Below, one piece after another: positions 34,660 to 45,505 of a stretch of DNA of 64,000 nt (position 1 is its first letter; the number at the start of each line of letters is the position of its first letter). The position numbers and the translations under genes are program-made. Under the pieces are notes generated by a model, which had not been told where the DNA came from, made no database searches, and was given only the letters and a program-made list of their open reading frames with translations. Origin of the DNA: Mobula hypostoma (lineage: Eukaryota); contig NC_086097.1 of NCBI RefSeq assembly GCF_963921235.1, forward strand, positions 134,108,001 through 134,172,000, given 5' to 3'.

Positions 34660-35780
34660 GAGCAGAATTAGTCCATTCAACCCATTGAGTCTGCTCGTCC
34701 ATTTAAGTATGGCTGATTTCTTTTGTTCTCAATCCCACTCTCCTGCCTGCTCCCTGTAAGCCTTAACCCCCTTACCAATCAAGAACCAACCCATCTCTGC
34801 CTGAATTGCACCCAATGACTTGGCATCCCCAGCCCTCATTGGCAATCAATTCCACTACCCTCTGGCTGAAGAAACCACTCTTCATCTGGCTGAAGCATTT
34901 CCTCCTTGTTGCTTTATTCTGAGGCTGTGCCCTTTCAAGTTCAACTTCAAGTTTAATTATCATTCAGCCATACATGAATATAGCCAAATAAAACAGCGTT
35001 CCTCCGGAGCAAAGGTGGAAAACACATTACCAAAAGCACACTGCAGTGCACATGGCACATAGCACAAATAGCACATACAATTACCATCACAGCAAAAAAA
35101 AGGTCATCACAAAGTGAAAAAAATATACAAGCCAAGTCCACGTGTGGCTTGACTAGATTGATGCTAAGTTGTCCTGGTCAAACTTGTTCTTCCACCGAGC
35201 ACACACCAGAGGGCAGCACCGAGCAAACACTGCAGAGCAGCACTGAGCAAGCACTGGGTGGCAGCACTGCTCCCTGGGCGACTGCCGAAGGTGATCCCGC
35301 GGCTTCAGCCTAGGCCTAGCCCTTGCTACAACTGGGGCAATGCAGCTCCCCCTCTGTTGGTCCCGCAAATGAACCAGTGAACCGGACTGGCACTAGTGTA
35401 TGTTACCAATGTCTAACAGGGTCCTGCAATCACAATGAAAATATCCAAGACAGTCACTCACACCCTTTTTTTTTGGGGACCATGCACCTTCTTGGCACAA
35501 TGGTACACAACAAGTCCAGGCAAAACACAACAACACAATAGGTCCAGCTCCATTGCTACCAAGCAACTCACTGATGGGATAGTCCTGGGGTACTTGATGT
35601 TTGTAATATCCAGCAGTGACTTGCGAATGTAAAAAGACATACGAGATGAACAAAACCACCTTTGATTGGACCCGGAGGGCTGCTGTGTCTGAGCACGCCA
35701 CCATTTTACCAGTGACTTTGTATCATAGACTCTCCTACTAATGGAAACATTCTCTCCATGTCCAATCTATCCAGGCCTTT
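34660..35780 (-). mobile_element. CR1 3' fragment (34660-34932 and about 35710-35780) interrupted by a Rex1-related non-autonomous element (about 34933-35708)
   Basis: CR1 text tattctgaggctgtgccct...tagactctcctactaatggaaacat is split by an insert with tail caagttcaacttcaagtttaatt at one end and aaaatggtggcg (minus strand) at the other. Confidence 0.65.
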
Positions 35781-36074
35781 CGAGATGTTACTTCAGACAA
35801 TGTGGGCGCGACACTGGGCGTGTCAGTCTGGATAGCTGTTTTCCAGCTTTTGGAGTGACTGAAGTCGCAATAAAACGAAATGTGATGCACAGCCTGAGCT
35901 CAGGAGTTACTGCACACGATGGAGAAAGGAATGGAACATTATGCAGATTGTTGGGAGGATGTGGTGTGTGAGAGAGTCATGTCCATAAGCACAGCAGGAA
36001 TTATTTGGCTAGCATTCCACTCCCATTGCCATAGTCTCACATTCTTATTTATCCCAAGTTTATCCTGATAAACT

Positions 36075-36545
36075 GGTAATTTGGTAAACTGGTAAAATGT
36101 TTTATTAATGTCACATGTAACAAGGTACGGTGGAAAATTTTCATTTTACTTACCGTCTATACAGATCATTTCATCATATCAGTGCATTGATGTAGTATAA
36201 GGGGAAAGCAATAACAGAATGCAGGTTATATTGTTAAATATAAAGCAGATTATATTGAGAAAGTGCAGTGCAGGCAGACAATAAGGTGCAAGGGCAAAAT
36301 GAGGTAGATGGTGAGGTCGAGTTCAACTTCAAATACTGAGAACTGTTCAATAATCTTATAACGGTGGGATAGAAGCTGTCCTTGAACCTCCTGAGACGTG
36401 CTTTCAGGCTTTGTGTCTTCTGTCGGACGGGAGTGAGAGAAGCGAGAATGTCCTGGGTGCGTGGAGTCTTCGATTATGTTGGCTACTTTACCGAGGCAGT
36501 GAGAAATACAGACAGAGTCATTAGCAGGGAAACCAGTCTCTGTGA
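36075..36545 (-). mobile_element. Rex1/Babar-like 3' fragment
   Basis: Tail (actggtaa)n and tttattaatgtcacatg; agaagctgtccttgaacct...gctttcaggctt. Confidence 0.65.
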
Positions 36546-38914
36546 TGTGTGGAGCTGCGATGCAGCACTTCGAGCCAAAATTTCAACACTTCCTGTCCCC
36601 CACAGTTGCTGCTCAACCCGCTGAGTTCCTCCAACTGATTGTTTCTTCCTTCTGATTCTACCTACTGCAGTTTTGTGTCTCCAGAAACTATCATAGTCTG
36701 ACATTGTATAGTCTTTGAAATATGTATGTGTGTGTGTGTATCTATTATATAGATATATATACATATAGATAAATAGTATAAAATCAAGTCACCAGTTTTC
36801 AAAGTGCTTCTGAGCATTACCATTTACATTAATACAGCCACTTCAACATTAATCTTCCATTGACAGACATTTAGCCATAGCTTATGCTCTTGATATTTTA
36901 AATAGAAACGTTCTTTTATTTTGCCTTTGTGTTGCTTGTCATGTTGGTTGCGCTGTGATGGAGATAAGCATTGCAGCCAGTTTTGGAGATTTTAACAATC
37001 CCAGAAGCCCACTTGGGGTAAGCTAAAGGCAGGCCACAGGATCCACACACTCCGGTAAGCTTATTGAAATGAAATGGCTCCTGCCAGAATAATTCCCCAA
37101 ATCATCTATTTTGTTATCAAACCACTGCTACATTTTTTAAACAGTGCATCAATTTGCCTTCAAGGTAGTTAATCAGGTTTCCCTGCCAGACAGCCACCCC
37201 TCTAACTCTGCAATCCCGTCTCTGCTTTCTGTCAGTTTCTGTCGAGACAAGGCCATATTCCTCAACTGTTTTTGATTTATGCAGCTTTCTGATATCCTGA
37301 TAGCTCCCTCGGGATCACAGCTTATTTGAGAGAAGAGACAGAGACTACTGAACTGGTGACAGAGGTTTTGGGGAGTGGTTAGGGCTGGTTCCTCCCCATC
37401 ATCTTCACCCCGCCCCCACCCCATTCACAATAAGGTTCCTCATTTTCTTTCTCGAGTTTTAAAAGCTGCAGGAGCTTCTGCTGTAAAAGAAATCAAAGAT
37501 TATGAGTGTGTATAGATATGGTGCAGGGTTAAACCGTCATAAGCTTCAGCAAGTTTTACCAAGCACTGGCTGGTTTATTTTGTCGACATCTTGTTTGTTT
37601 TATTTTGGTTCCTTATCGTGCAAAGTTGAGTTTATGCGCAAGTGCATGTATATCCAGGTGCAGTGAAAAATTTACTTGCAACAGCATCACATGTACATAG
37701 AATAATATAAGCTGCATTCACAAAAAAACATGGATTAAGCATAATTATACACTATTTTTACAAGAAATTAGAATAGAAATGTCAATTTTAGTGCAAAGTA
37801 ATCAAAATAGTTGCTGTGTTGCTAAACTGTAGTGATTAGGGTTGTGCCAGTTGGTTCAAGAACTGAATAGTTGAAGGGAAGTAGTTGTTTTGGATGTGGG
37901 GCTTCAGGCTCCTTCCTCTGAATCTATTTCTCTACCTCATTCCATTCTACCTCCCTTTCATAACTTCTTTTTAAAGAATAGTTTCTGTGTTTTCCTTCTG
38001 TCTGTTTCCTTCAGTTGTGTCTTTTTAATTTGCCGTCTTGGATTCTACCAACAACGGTGGTGTCATCCTCAAATTCAAGATGGTGTTCGGCTGTGATTAG
38101 CCACACAGTCATGGGTGTAGAGAGAGTGGAGCAGTGGGCTAGGTGCGCATCTTTGATGTGTTAATTGCGCACAATTCTTGACTCTCCACCACTGGAATGA
38201 TGTGGCAGCATTAGAATAAGGTCAGCAGGATGTTGCCTCGAATTATAAGGGGAGTTGGATTGGCTGGGCTTATTCTCACTGGAACATGGGAGGCCAAAGG
38301 GTGAGCTTGTAGATACTTAGAAAGTTAAGAGGTGCAAAGATACAATAGCTATTCAGAAATCTGACGGAGAATGAGAATAACCTGTTTCTGAATCATTGAA
38401 TGTGGGCAGTCAAGTACCTGTACCTCCTCCCCCAGTGGCAATTACGAGAAGATGGGCAAGTCCAGGACAGTGACAGTCCATAGTGATGAACGCCACCTTC
38501 TCAAAGCACCACCTCTGTAAGATGTCCTTGATGGTACAGTGGGCTTCGGCTGCAGTGGAGCCAACTTAGTCTCTACCCACTGCAGCCTCTGTGCATTGGA
38601 GCCCCCAGACCAGGCTTTGATGCAACAGAGTATGGAGACAGGTACAATCACACAGTTTAGAAGGCATTGGAATAAGTACTTGAATAGGAAAGGAAGAGGG
38701 AGAAATGGGCCTAAAATAGACAAATGGGATTAGGATGGACAGGCATCACAGTCAGCATGATCACAGTGGACTGTAAGGACCTATTTTTATACTGTCTAAT
38801 TCTATGATGCATTTTCACTTTACATTAAGAAAAGAACATGATGAAAGTATTCAACAGGCCAGGCAGCATCTGTGTTGAGGGTTAAAGATTTAGGCTGATG
38901 AATTATTTTTAATT

Positions 38915-39280
38915 CTGTAACGCCCCCCTGCCTCTTTTCCACACTCTAACCTTTCCCTTATTCTCTCCTACATATTACTTCCCCCTGGGTCCCCTCCTTC
39001 CCTTTATCTTACTGTTCACTCTCTCCTATAAAGTTGATTCTTCTCCTGCCCTTGACCTTTCCCACCCACTAGGCTTCACCAATCACCTTTCAGCTTTTCC
39101 CTCCTCCCACCTTTTTATTCGGGCATCTTCCCCCTTCCTTTTCAGTCCTGAAGAAGTGTCTCGACTCGGAACGTCGACTGTTTACTCTTTTCCATAGATG
39201 CTGCCAGACCTGCTGAGTCCCTCTAGCATTTTGTGTGTGTTGCTTTCGATTTCCAGCATCTGCAGACTTTCTCGTGTTTC
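38915..39280 (+). mobile_element. PLE 3' end with a hammerhead motif mutated at GAAA
   Basis: Pyrimidine-rich UTR then cagtc-ctgaaga-agtgtctcgactc-ggaac-gtc-gactg (39143-39180) and the standard terminus. Confidence 0.85.
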
Positions 39281-39732
39281 TGTTAATTCACCACAGATAT
39301 TGCCAAATTAGAGTGGGATGCATCTGAGAGGAAAGCTGGCATATTTTGGCACTTTCCTGTGCTCATAAACTGTGTTTGCCAGGCAGTAGACATTGGGGAA
39401 TTGACAGACTCTTGTAAAGAAGCCTTGGAGACTTACAGTATATCTCTGCTTCCTGTTGACAGTACGTACCACTCTGATGGAAGAATGTTATGCATGATAT
39501 GCAATTGTATGGAACACTAGAAAATTATATTTAATAATCCATTTAAGGAGAAATACCAGAATACTGTATATATAAAGAGTGAATTGTGTTGAAATGTGAA
39601 AATCCAGTGCAACTGATGGACTTTAAATATCAGCATTGCCAATAACTACCAGATGACAATCAATGAGCCACAGAAAATGCTGAACTGTATATTCAAAAGT
39701 CCAAAACTGAAAAAAACTCACATTCAGATTAC

Positions 39733-39990
39733 GCACTAAAATCAGAAAATTCTGGAAAAACTTAGCAGGTCAGGTAGCATCTGTGGAGAGAGAAACAGAG
39801 TTAATGTTTCAGATCAAAGATCCTTCATCAGAATGAAACTGTCTTTGATGCAATATATTAACTCACCTTCTTTTTCTTCGGACACCGAACAACCTGCTGA
39901 CTGTGTCTGGCATTTTCCATATTTACTCCATTCCACTAGTAGCCAGCTTTTTCCATTTTATTTCAGGTCTCCAGCTTGTGCAATGTGTTT
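39733..39990. mobile_element. Older palindromic PLE-terminus element of a second family
   Basis: Arms cttagcaggtcaggtagcatctgtggagagagaaacagagttaat / attaactcaccttcttt...aacctgctgactgtgtctggcatttt; minus-strand core ctgatga-aggatctttgatct-gaaac-att-aactc at about 39798-39833. Confidence 0.65.
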
Positions 39991-40569
39991 TTTTCTTGTG
40001 GACTATTGGAGGGTGGGCCACACCTAGCACCAGTCACCAGAAAATGATGGCAACTGCCGAAGGTTGCTCCTCAGAGAACACTGAGGCAGAAGATAGGAGA
40101 AACAATCAAAGAAGCCCTGACCATTTCTTCTTTGAGAAGAAACAACTGTGTAAGGTTCGTAAGATACTTTGGAAAAGTTGGTCTAGAAAATACTCTAGAC
40201 TAAGTTGCACTGTTTGCATTTAGACATTAAGTCATCCCAAGGCATGCTGCAGGAGCAAATACTAAACAAAACTGAGGCATGGGGAGGTGCTGGAGCAAGC
40301 ACCCAAAAACATGTCAGAATTAGAGAACGAGGCATAAGACAGGAAAAGGGCAAATTCTGTTCTGAAACACATTGAGTCACAGGGTCATGCAGTGTGGAAA
40401 TGGACTCTTTGGTCTAACTGGTCCATGTTAGCCAAGATGCCCATCTGAGCTTGTCCAATTTGCAGGTATTAGGCCATATTTCTTAACCTTTGCCAACATT
40501 TATCTTCCCAAGTGCCTTTTAGAAGTTGTTAATGTAACTGCATCAATCGCTTCCCCGGCAGCTCATTCG

Positions 40570-41910
40570 GCCTGTGAGTTTGACGTCAGTGGTGGGTAAA
40601 CTGATGGAAAGTATTCTTAGAGATGGTATATATAATTATCTGGATAGACAGGGTCTGATTAGGAACAGTCAACATGGATTTGTGCGTGGAAGGTCATGTT
40701 TGACAAATCTTATTGAATTTTTTGATGAGATTACTAAGAAAGTTGACAAGGGTAAAGTGGTGGATGTTGTCTATATGGACTTCAGTAAGGCCTTTGACAA
40801 GGTTCCACATAGAAGGTTAGTTAGGAAGGTTCAATCGTTAGGCATTAATATGGAAGTAGTAAAATGGATTCAGCAGTGGCTAGATGGGAGACACCAGAGA
40901 GTAGTGGTGGATAACTGTGTGTCAGATTGGAGGACGGTGTGTAGCGGTGTGCCTCAGGGATCTGTACTGGGTCCAATGTTGTTTGTCATATATATTAATG
41001 ATCTGGATGATGAGGTGGTAAATTGGATTAGTAAATATGCGGATGATACTAAGATAGGTGGTGTTGTGGATGATGAGATAGGTTTTCAAAGCTTGCAGAG
41101 AGATTTAGAACAGTTAGAATAGTGGGCTGAAAGATGGCAAATGGAGTTTAATGCTGAAAAATGTGAGGTGCTACATTTTGGTAGGACTAATCAAAATAGG
41201 ACATACATGGTAAATGGTAGGGCATTAAAGAATGCTTTAGAACAGAGGGATCTAGGAATAATGGTGCATAGTTCCCTGAAGGTGGAATCTCATGTGGATA
41301 GGGTGGTGAAGAAAGCTTTTGGTATGCTGGCCTTTATTAATCAGAGCATTGAGTATAGGAATTGGGATGTAATGTTGAAATTGTATAAGGCATTGGTAAG
41401 GCTAAATCTGGAGTATTGTGTACAGTTCTGGTCACTGAATTATAGGAAAAATGTTGATAAAATTGAGAGGGTACAGAGGAGGTTTACTAAAATGTTGCCT
41501 GGGTTTCATCTCCTAAGTTACAGAGAAAGGTTGAACAAGTTAGGTCTTTATTCTTTGGAGCGTAGAAGGTTGAGGGGAGACATGATAGAGGTGTTTAAAA
41601 TTATGAGGGGGATTGATAGAGTTGACGTGGATAGGCTTTTTCCATTGAGAGTGGGGAAGATTCAAACAAGAGGACATGAGTTGAGAATTAAAGGACGAAA
41701 GTTTAGAGGTAACATGAGGGGGAACTTCCTTACTCAGAGTGGTAGCTGTGTGGAATGAGCTTCCAGCAGAAGTGGTTGAGGCAAGTATGATGTTGTCGTT
41801 TAAAGTTAAATTGGATAGATATATGGACAGGAAAGGAATGAAGAGTTATGGGCTGAGTGCAGGTCACTGGGACTAGGTGAGAGAAAGAGTTTGGCACGGA
41901 CTAGAAGGGC
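40570..41910 (+). mobile_element. Relatively young CR1 ORF2 RT fragment
   Basis: ORFs 40574-41122 and 41141-41758 share a frame across one TAG: QHGF..GRSCLTNL, YMDFSKAFDKVPH, SGVPQGSVLGP, YADD. Confidence 0.95.
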
Positions 41911-42199
41911 TCTTATTACACTTCAGGCTCTTATTAAATCTATCCCTCTCACCCTAAATCTATGCCCTTTAGTTTTGAATACTATACCCCAGGCAAAAAC
42001 TGTATGCATTGACCCTATCTATGCCCCTCATGATTTTGTGCACCTCTATAACATCATCGCTCCTCATTCTCCTTCATGCCTGTTCAACCTCTCCTTATAA
42101 CTCAGTCCATCAAGACCTAGCAACATCCCCATCAATCTTTTCTGCATTCTTTCCAGCTTCTTTGTACAAAGAGTGTTGTAACACAATGAAACGAACCAA

Positions 42200-42998
42200 A
42201 GAAAACCATAGAAACCATAGAAAAACTACAGCACAGAAACAGGCCTTTTGGCCCTTCTTGGCTGTGCCGAACCATTTTCTGCCTAGTCCCACTGACCTGC
42301 ACACGGACCATATCCCTCCATACACCTCCCATCCATGTATCTGTCCAATTTATTCTTAAATGTTAAAAAAGAACCCGTATTTACCACCTCGTCTGGCAGC
42401 GCATTCCATACTCCTACCAGTCTCTGTGTGAAGAAGCCCCCCCTAATGTTCCCTTTAAACTTTTCCTCCCTCACCCTTAACCCATGTCCTCTGGTTTTTT
42501 TCTCCCCTTGTCTCAGTGGAAAAAGCCTGCTTGCATTCACTCTATCTATACCCATCATAATTTTATATACCTCTATCAAATCTCCCCTCATTCTTCTACG
42601 CTCCAGGGAATAAAGTCCTAACCTATTCAACCTTTCTCTGTAACTGAGTTTCTCAAGTCCCGGCAACATCCTTGTAAACCTTCTCTGCACTCTTTCAACC
42701 TTATTTATATCCTTCCTGTAATTTGGTGACCAAAACTGAACACAATATTCCAGATTCGGCCTCACCAATGCCTTATACAACCTCACCATAACATTCCAGC
42801 TCTTATACTCAATACTTTGATTAATAAAGGCTAATGTACCAAAAGCTCTCTTTACGACCCTATCTACCTGTGACACCACTTTTAGGGAATTTTGTATCTG
42901 TATTCCCAGATCCCTCTATTCTACTGTACTCCTCAGTGCCTTACCATTAACCCTGTATGTTCTACCTTGGTTTGTCCTTCCAACATGCAATACCTCAC
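42200..42998 (-). mobile_element. Young CR1 3' end
   Basis: Uninterrupted 198-aa ORF 42283-42879 (LVRPNLEYCVQFWSP...TRGH...FFTQRLVGVWNALP); tail (ctatggttt)n. Confidence 0.95.
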
Positions 42999-43404
42999 TT
43001 TAGAGATATATAATGTAGAATTATATGAGAAATAATTGGATGCCATTGTGCAAGGGAAATAAAAGTACCTCCTACAAGAAAGCATTGAAATAGGATTCCT
43101 GCATCTGTATTGTCTTCTATGATCTTGCCTTCTTTAAAGATTGGAATTGTATTTCTATGTGATATCGACTGTCCTGCTGTACATATTATTTATTATAATT
43201 CAATTCAATTCAGTTTTGTGAGGGGAGGAGATTGGAGGAGAGCAACAGCTGAAGGTCTTCCATCTCCTTGATCTCTTCGGTTAGATCTCAGCTAATCCAT
43301 ACCTCCGCTTGATTCTGTAATCTCTTAATAGTTGGTTAAAGGAAGATCTGTTTCAGCCCATTACAGGAAGGGGGTGGGGGATTTGAAGAGGGTCCAGAAG
43401 AGAT

Positions 43405-43856
43405 TTTCCAGAATGCTGCTTGGATTAGAGGATATTTGCTATAATGGGACATTGGACAAACTTGGATTGTTTCTCTGGAGCATTGGAGGTTGAGGGGAGA
43501 CTTGATAGAAGTTTCTAACATTATGAATGCTATAGAAAGGGTAAGCAGCCAGAATCTTTTTTTCCCCCCCAGGGCAGATATGTTAAATAGCAGAGAACAT
43601 AACTTTATGGTAAGAGAAGGAAAGTTTAAAAGAGATATGTGGGATAAGTTTTTTTACAGAGAGAGGCAGGTGCCTGGAATGGACTATCAGTACATACAGC
43701 AGATGAGTGATGTTTAATTGGCTTTTAGATAGGCACATGAATATGTAGGAATTGGAGGTACTGTATAGGGATCATATGCAGGCAGAGGGGATTGGTTTAA
43801 TTTGAGATAGTGCTGGGTGCAGACATTGTGCTGTATTGTTCCATGTTCTATGTTCT
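43405..43856 (+). mobile_element. Old CR1 3' fragment
   Basis: RGDLIEVSNIM...; tail gttccatgttctatgttct. Confidence 0.75.
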
Positions 43857-44439
43857 AAACAAACCTTAAATCTAACAACGTATCTGTTTTGGTCTCTGCA
43901 ACTGATGCCCAGCTTTTGAGGAAAAGTTCCTTTGTTTCAGGTGTTCAGTCAACTTGGAAGTGGGGTGGGTAAGGGGAGGGCTGTTAAACCAGAGATGAGG
44001 AGGAATTTTTTTTGGCTTAAAAGTTGTGAATCTTCAGAATTCTCCATCACAAGAGGCAGTGAATGCTGAATTATTATGCAGCTTAAGGCAGGGATGTGTC
44101 TATTTTTGGACTGGACAGGAATCAAGTGCTTAGAGGAACTGAGCTCTATGATAGGCCATCGTCCTGAATTGTAGAATAGGTCAAATAGCCAGAACATATT
44201 CCTATTTACAATATTGTTTTGTGTGAAAGATTCTCTGACATTAACTCTCACTGGCTTAACTGCAAACTTAAATGTATGGCTCCTTGCTGTGTCCTAACCA
44301 ATCAGACGAAATAATCTATCTCTCCCCAGTCACCTTGAACAGGCATTTTAATCCAAATTACCTGGCTAAAAAATTCCACATTTTGGAGAGAGCAAAATGT
44401 ATTTTTCATGTGCTCTTTAGGAGCATTTTCCAGGATGTT

Positions 44440-44740
44440 GGCTGTAGCCTCGTGATTAGTGCAATGTTTTACAGTGCCAGCAATCAGGGTTTAATTCCTG
44501 CTGCTGTCTGTAAATTCTCGCCACGATCGCCTGGGTTTCCTCTAGATGCTCCCACATCCCAAAGACATACAACTAGAAAGTTAGGGTGATTAAGTTGTGG
44601 CCATGCTATGTTGGTACCAGAAGCATGGTGACACTTGCGGGCAGCCTCCAGCACATGTGCTGGTTGCTGACTGAAGTGGCGCATTTCACTGTGCATTTAA
44701 AATGTGCATGTGACAAATAAAACTAATCTTTAATTTTTAT
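44440..44740 (+). mobile_element. V-SINE with a LINE-derived tail
   Basis: gggtttaattcc box, gggtttcctctagatgctcccacatcccaaagac, tail tgtgacaaataaaactaatct. Confidence 0.72.
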
Positions 44741-44804
44741 CTTTAGATGCTTGACAGTCAATGAAATACTTCTGAGTTGGTCTTGCAATTTTTTTTTAGC
44801 TTAT

Positions 44805-45365
44805 GAGAACACACAGTCCTCTTTTATTGTCATTTAGTAATGCATGCATTAAGAAATGATTCAATATTCCTCCGGTGTGATATCACAGAAACACAGGACA
44901 GACCAAGACTGAAAAACTAACAAAAACCACATAGTTATAACATATAGCTACACCAGTGCAACAATACCATAACTTGATGAAGAACAGGCCATGGCACAGT
45001 AAAAAAGTTCAAAGTCTCTCGAAAGTCCCACATCTCACGCAGATGGGAGAAGGAAGAAAACTCTCCCTGCCATGCCCGACCACAGTCCGACTCTGAGTCG
45101 TCCGAAAACTTCAAGCTCTGATCAGCCCTCCGACACCGAGTATCGAGTACCACCTCTATCTGAACACTTCGACCTCAGCCTCAGTCGCCAGCAGCAGGCA
45201 AAGCCGGGGATTTTGGGGCCTTCCCTCTGGAGATTCTCGAACGCACAGTAGCAGCGGCAGCGAACCAGGCATTTCAGAAATTTCTCCAGATGTTCCTCTG
45301 TGCTTCTCACGTCTGTCTTCATCAAATCAGAATTGTCCACGGCCCCTATTTAACAGATACAATTT
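44805..45365 (-). mobile_element. Non-coding retroposon (Rex1-like tail, CpG-rich body)
   Basis: cttttattgtcatttag tail signature and a CpG-retaining body that contrasts with its flanks. Confidence 0.5.
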
Positions 45366-45437
45366 CGGGAATGTGGCAGCCAATTTGTGTACTGCAGTTT
45401 CCCACAAACAACTTAATAATGAATAATCACTTTAAAT

Positions 45438-45505
45438 CGGGGGTTCCCAACCTCCCTTCGGTTAATGGTACGGGTTCATGGCATAACAAAGGTCGGGAAC
45501 CCTTG
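45438..45505. mobile_element. 68-bp hAT (Charlie-type) MITE
   Basis: TIRs cgggggttcccaacct / aggtcgggaacccttg; TSD not cleanly preserved. Confidence 0.6.

Noticed and set aside
37173..37424. 83-aa minus-strand ORF in unique DNA
   Set aside because: No recognisable domain and no convincing splice pair; length compatible with chance.
39903..40223. ORF with MMATAEGCSSENTEAEDRRNNQRSPDHFFFEKKQLCK and a nearby gtaag
   Set aside because: The apparent acceptor derives from a PLE terminus and the peptide matches nothing I recognise.
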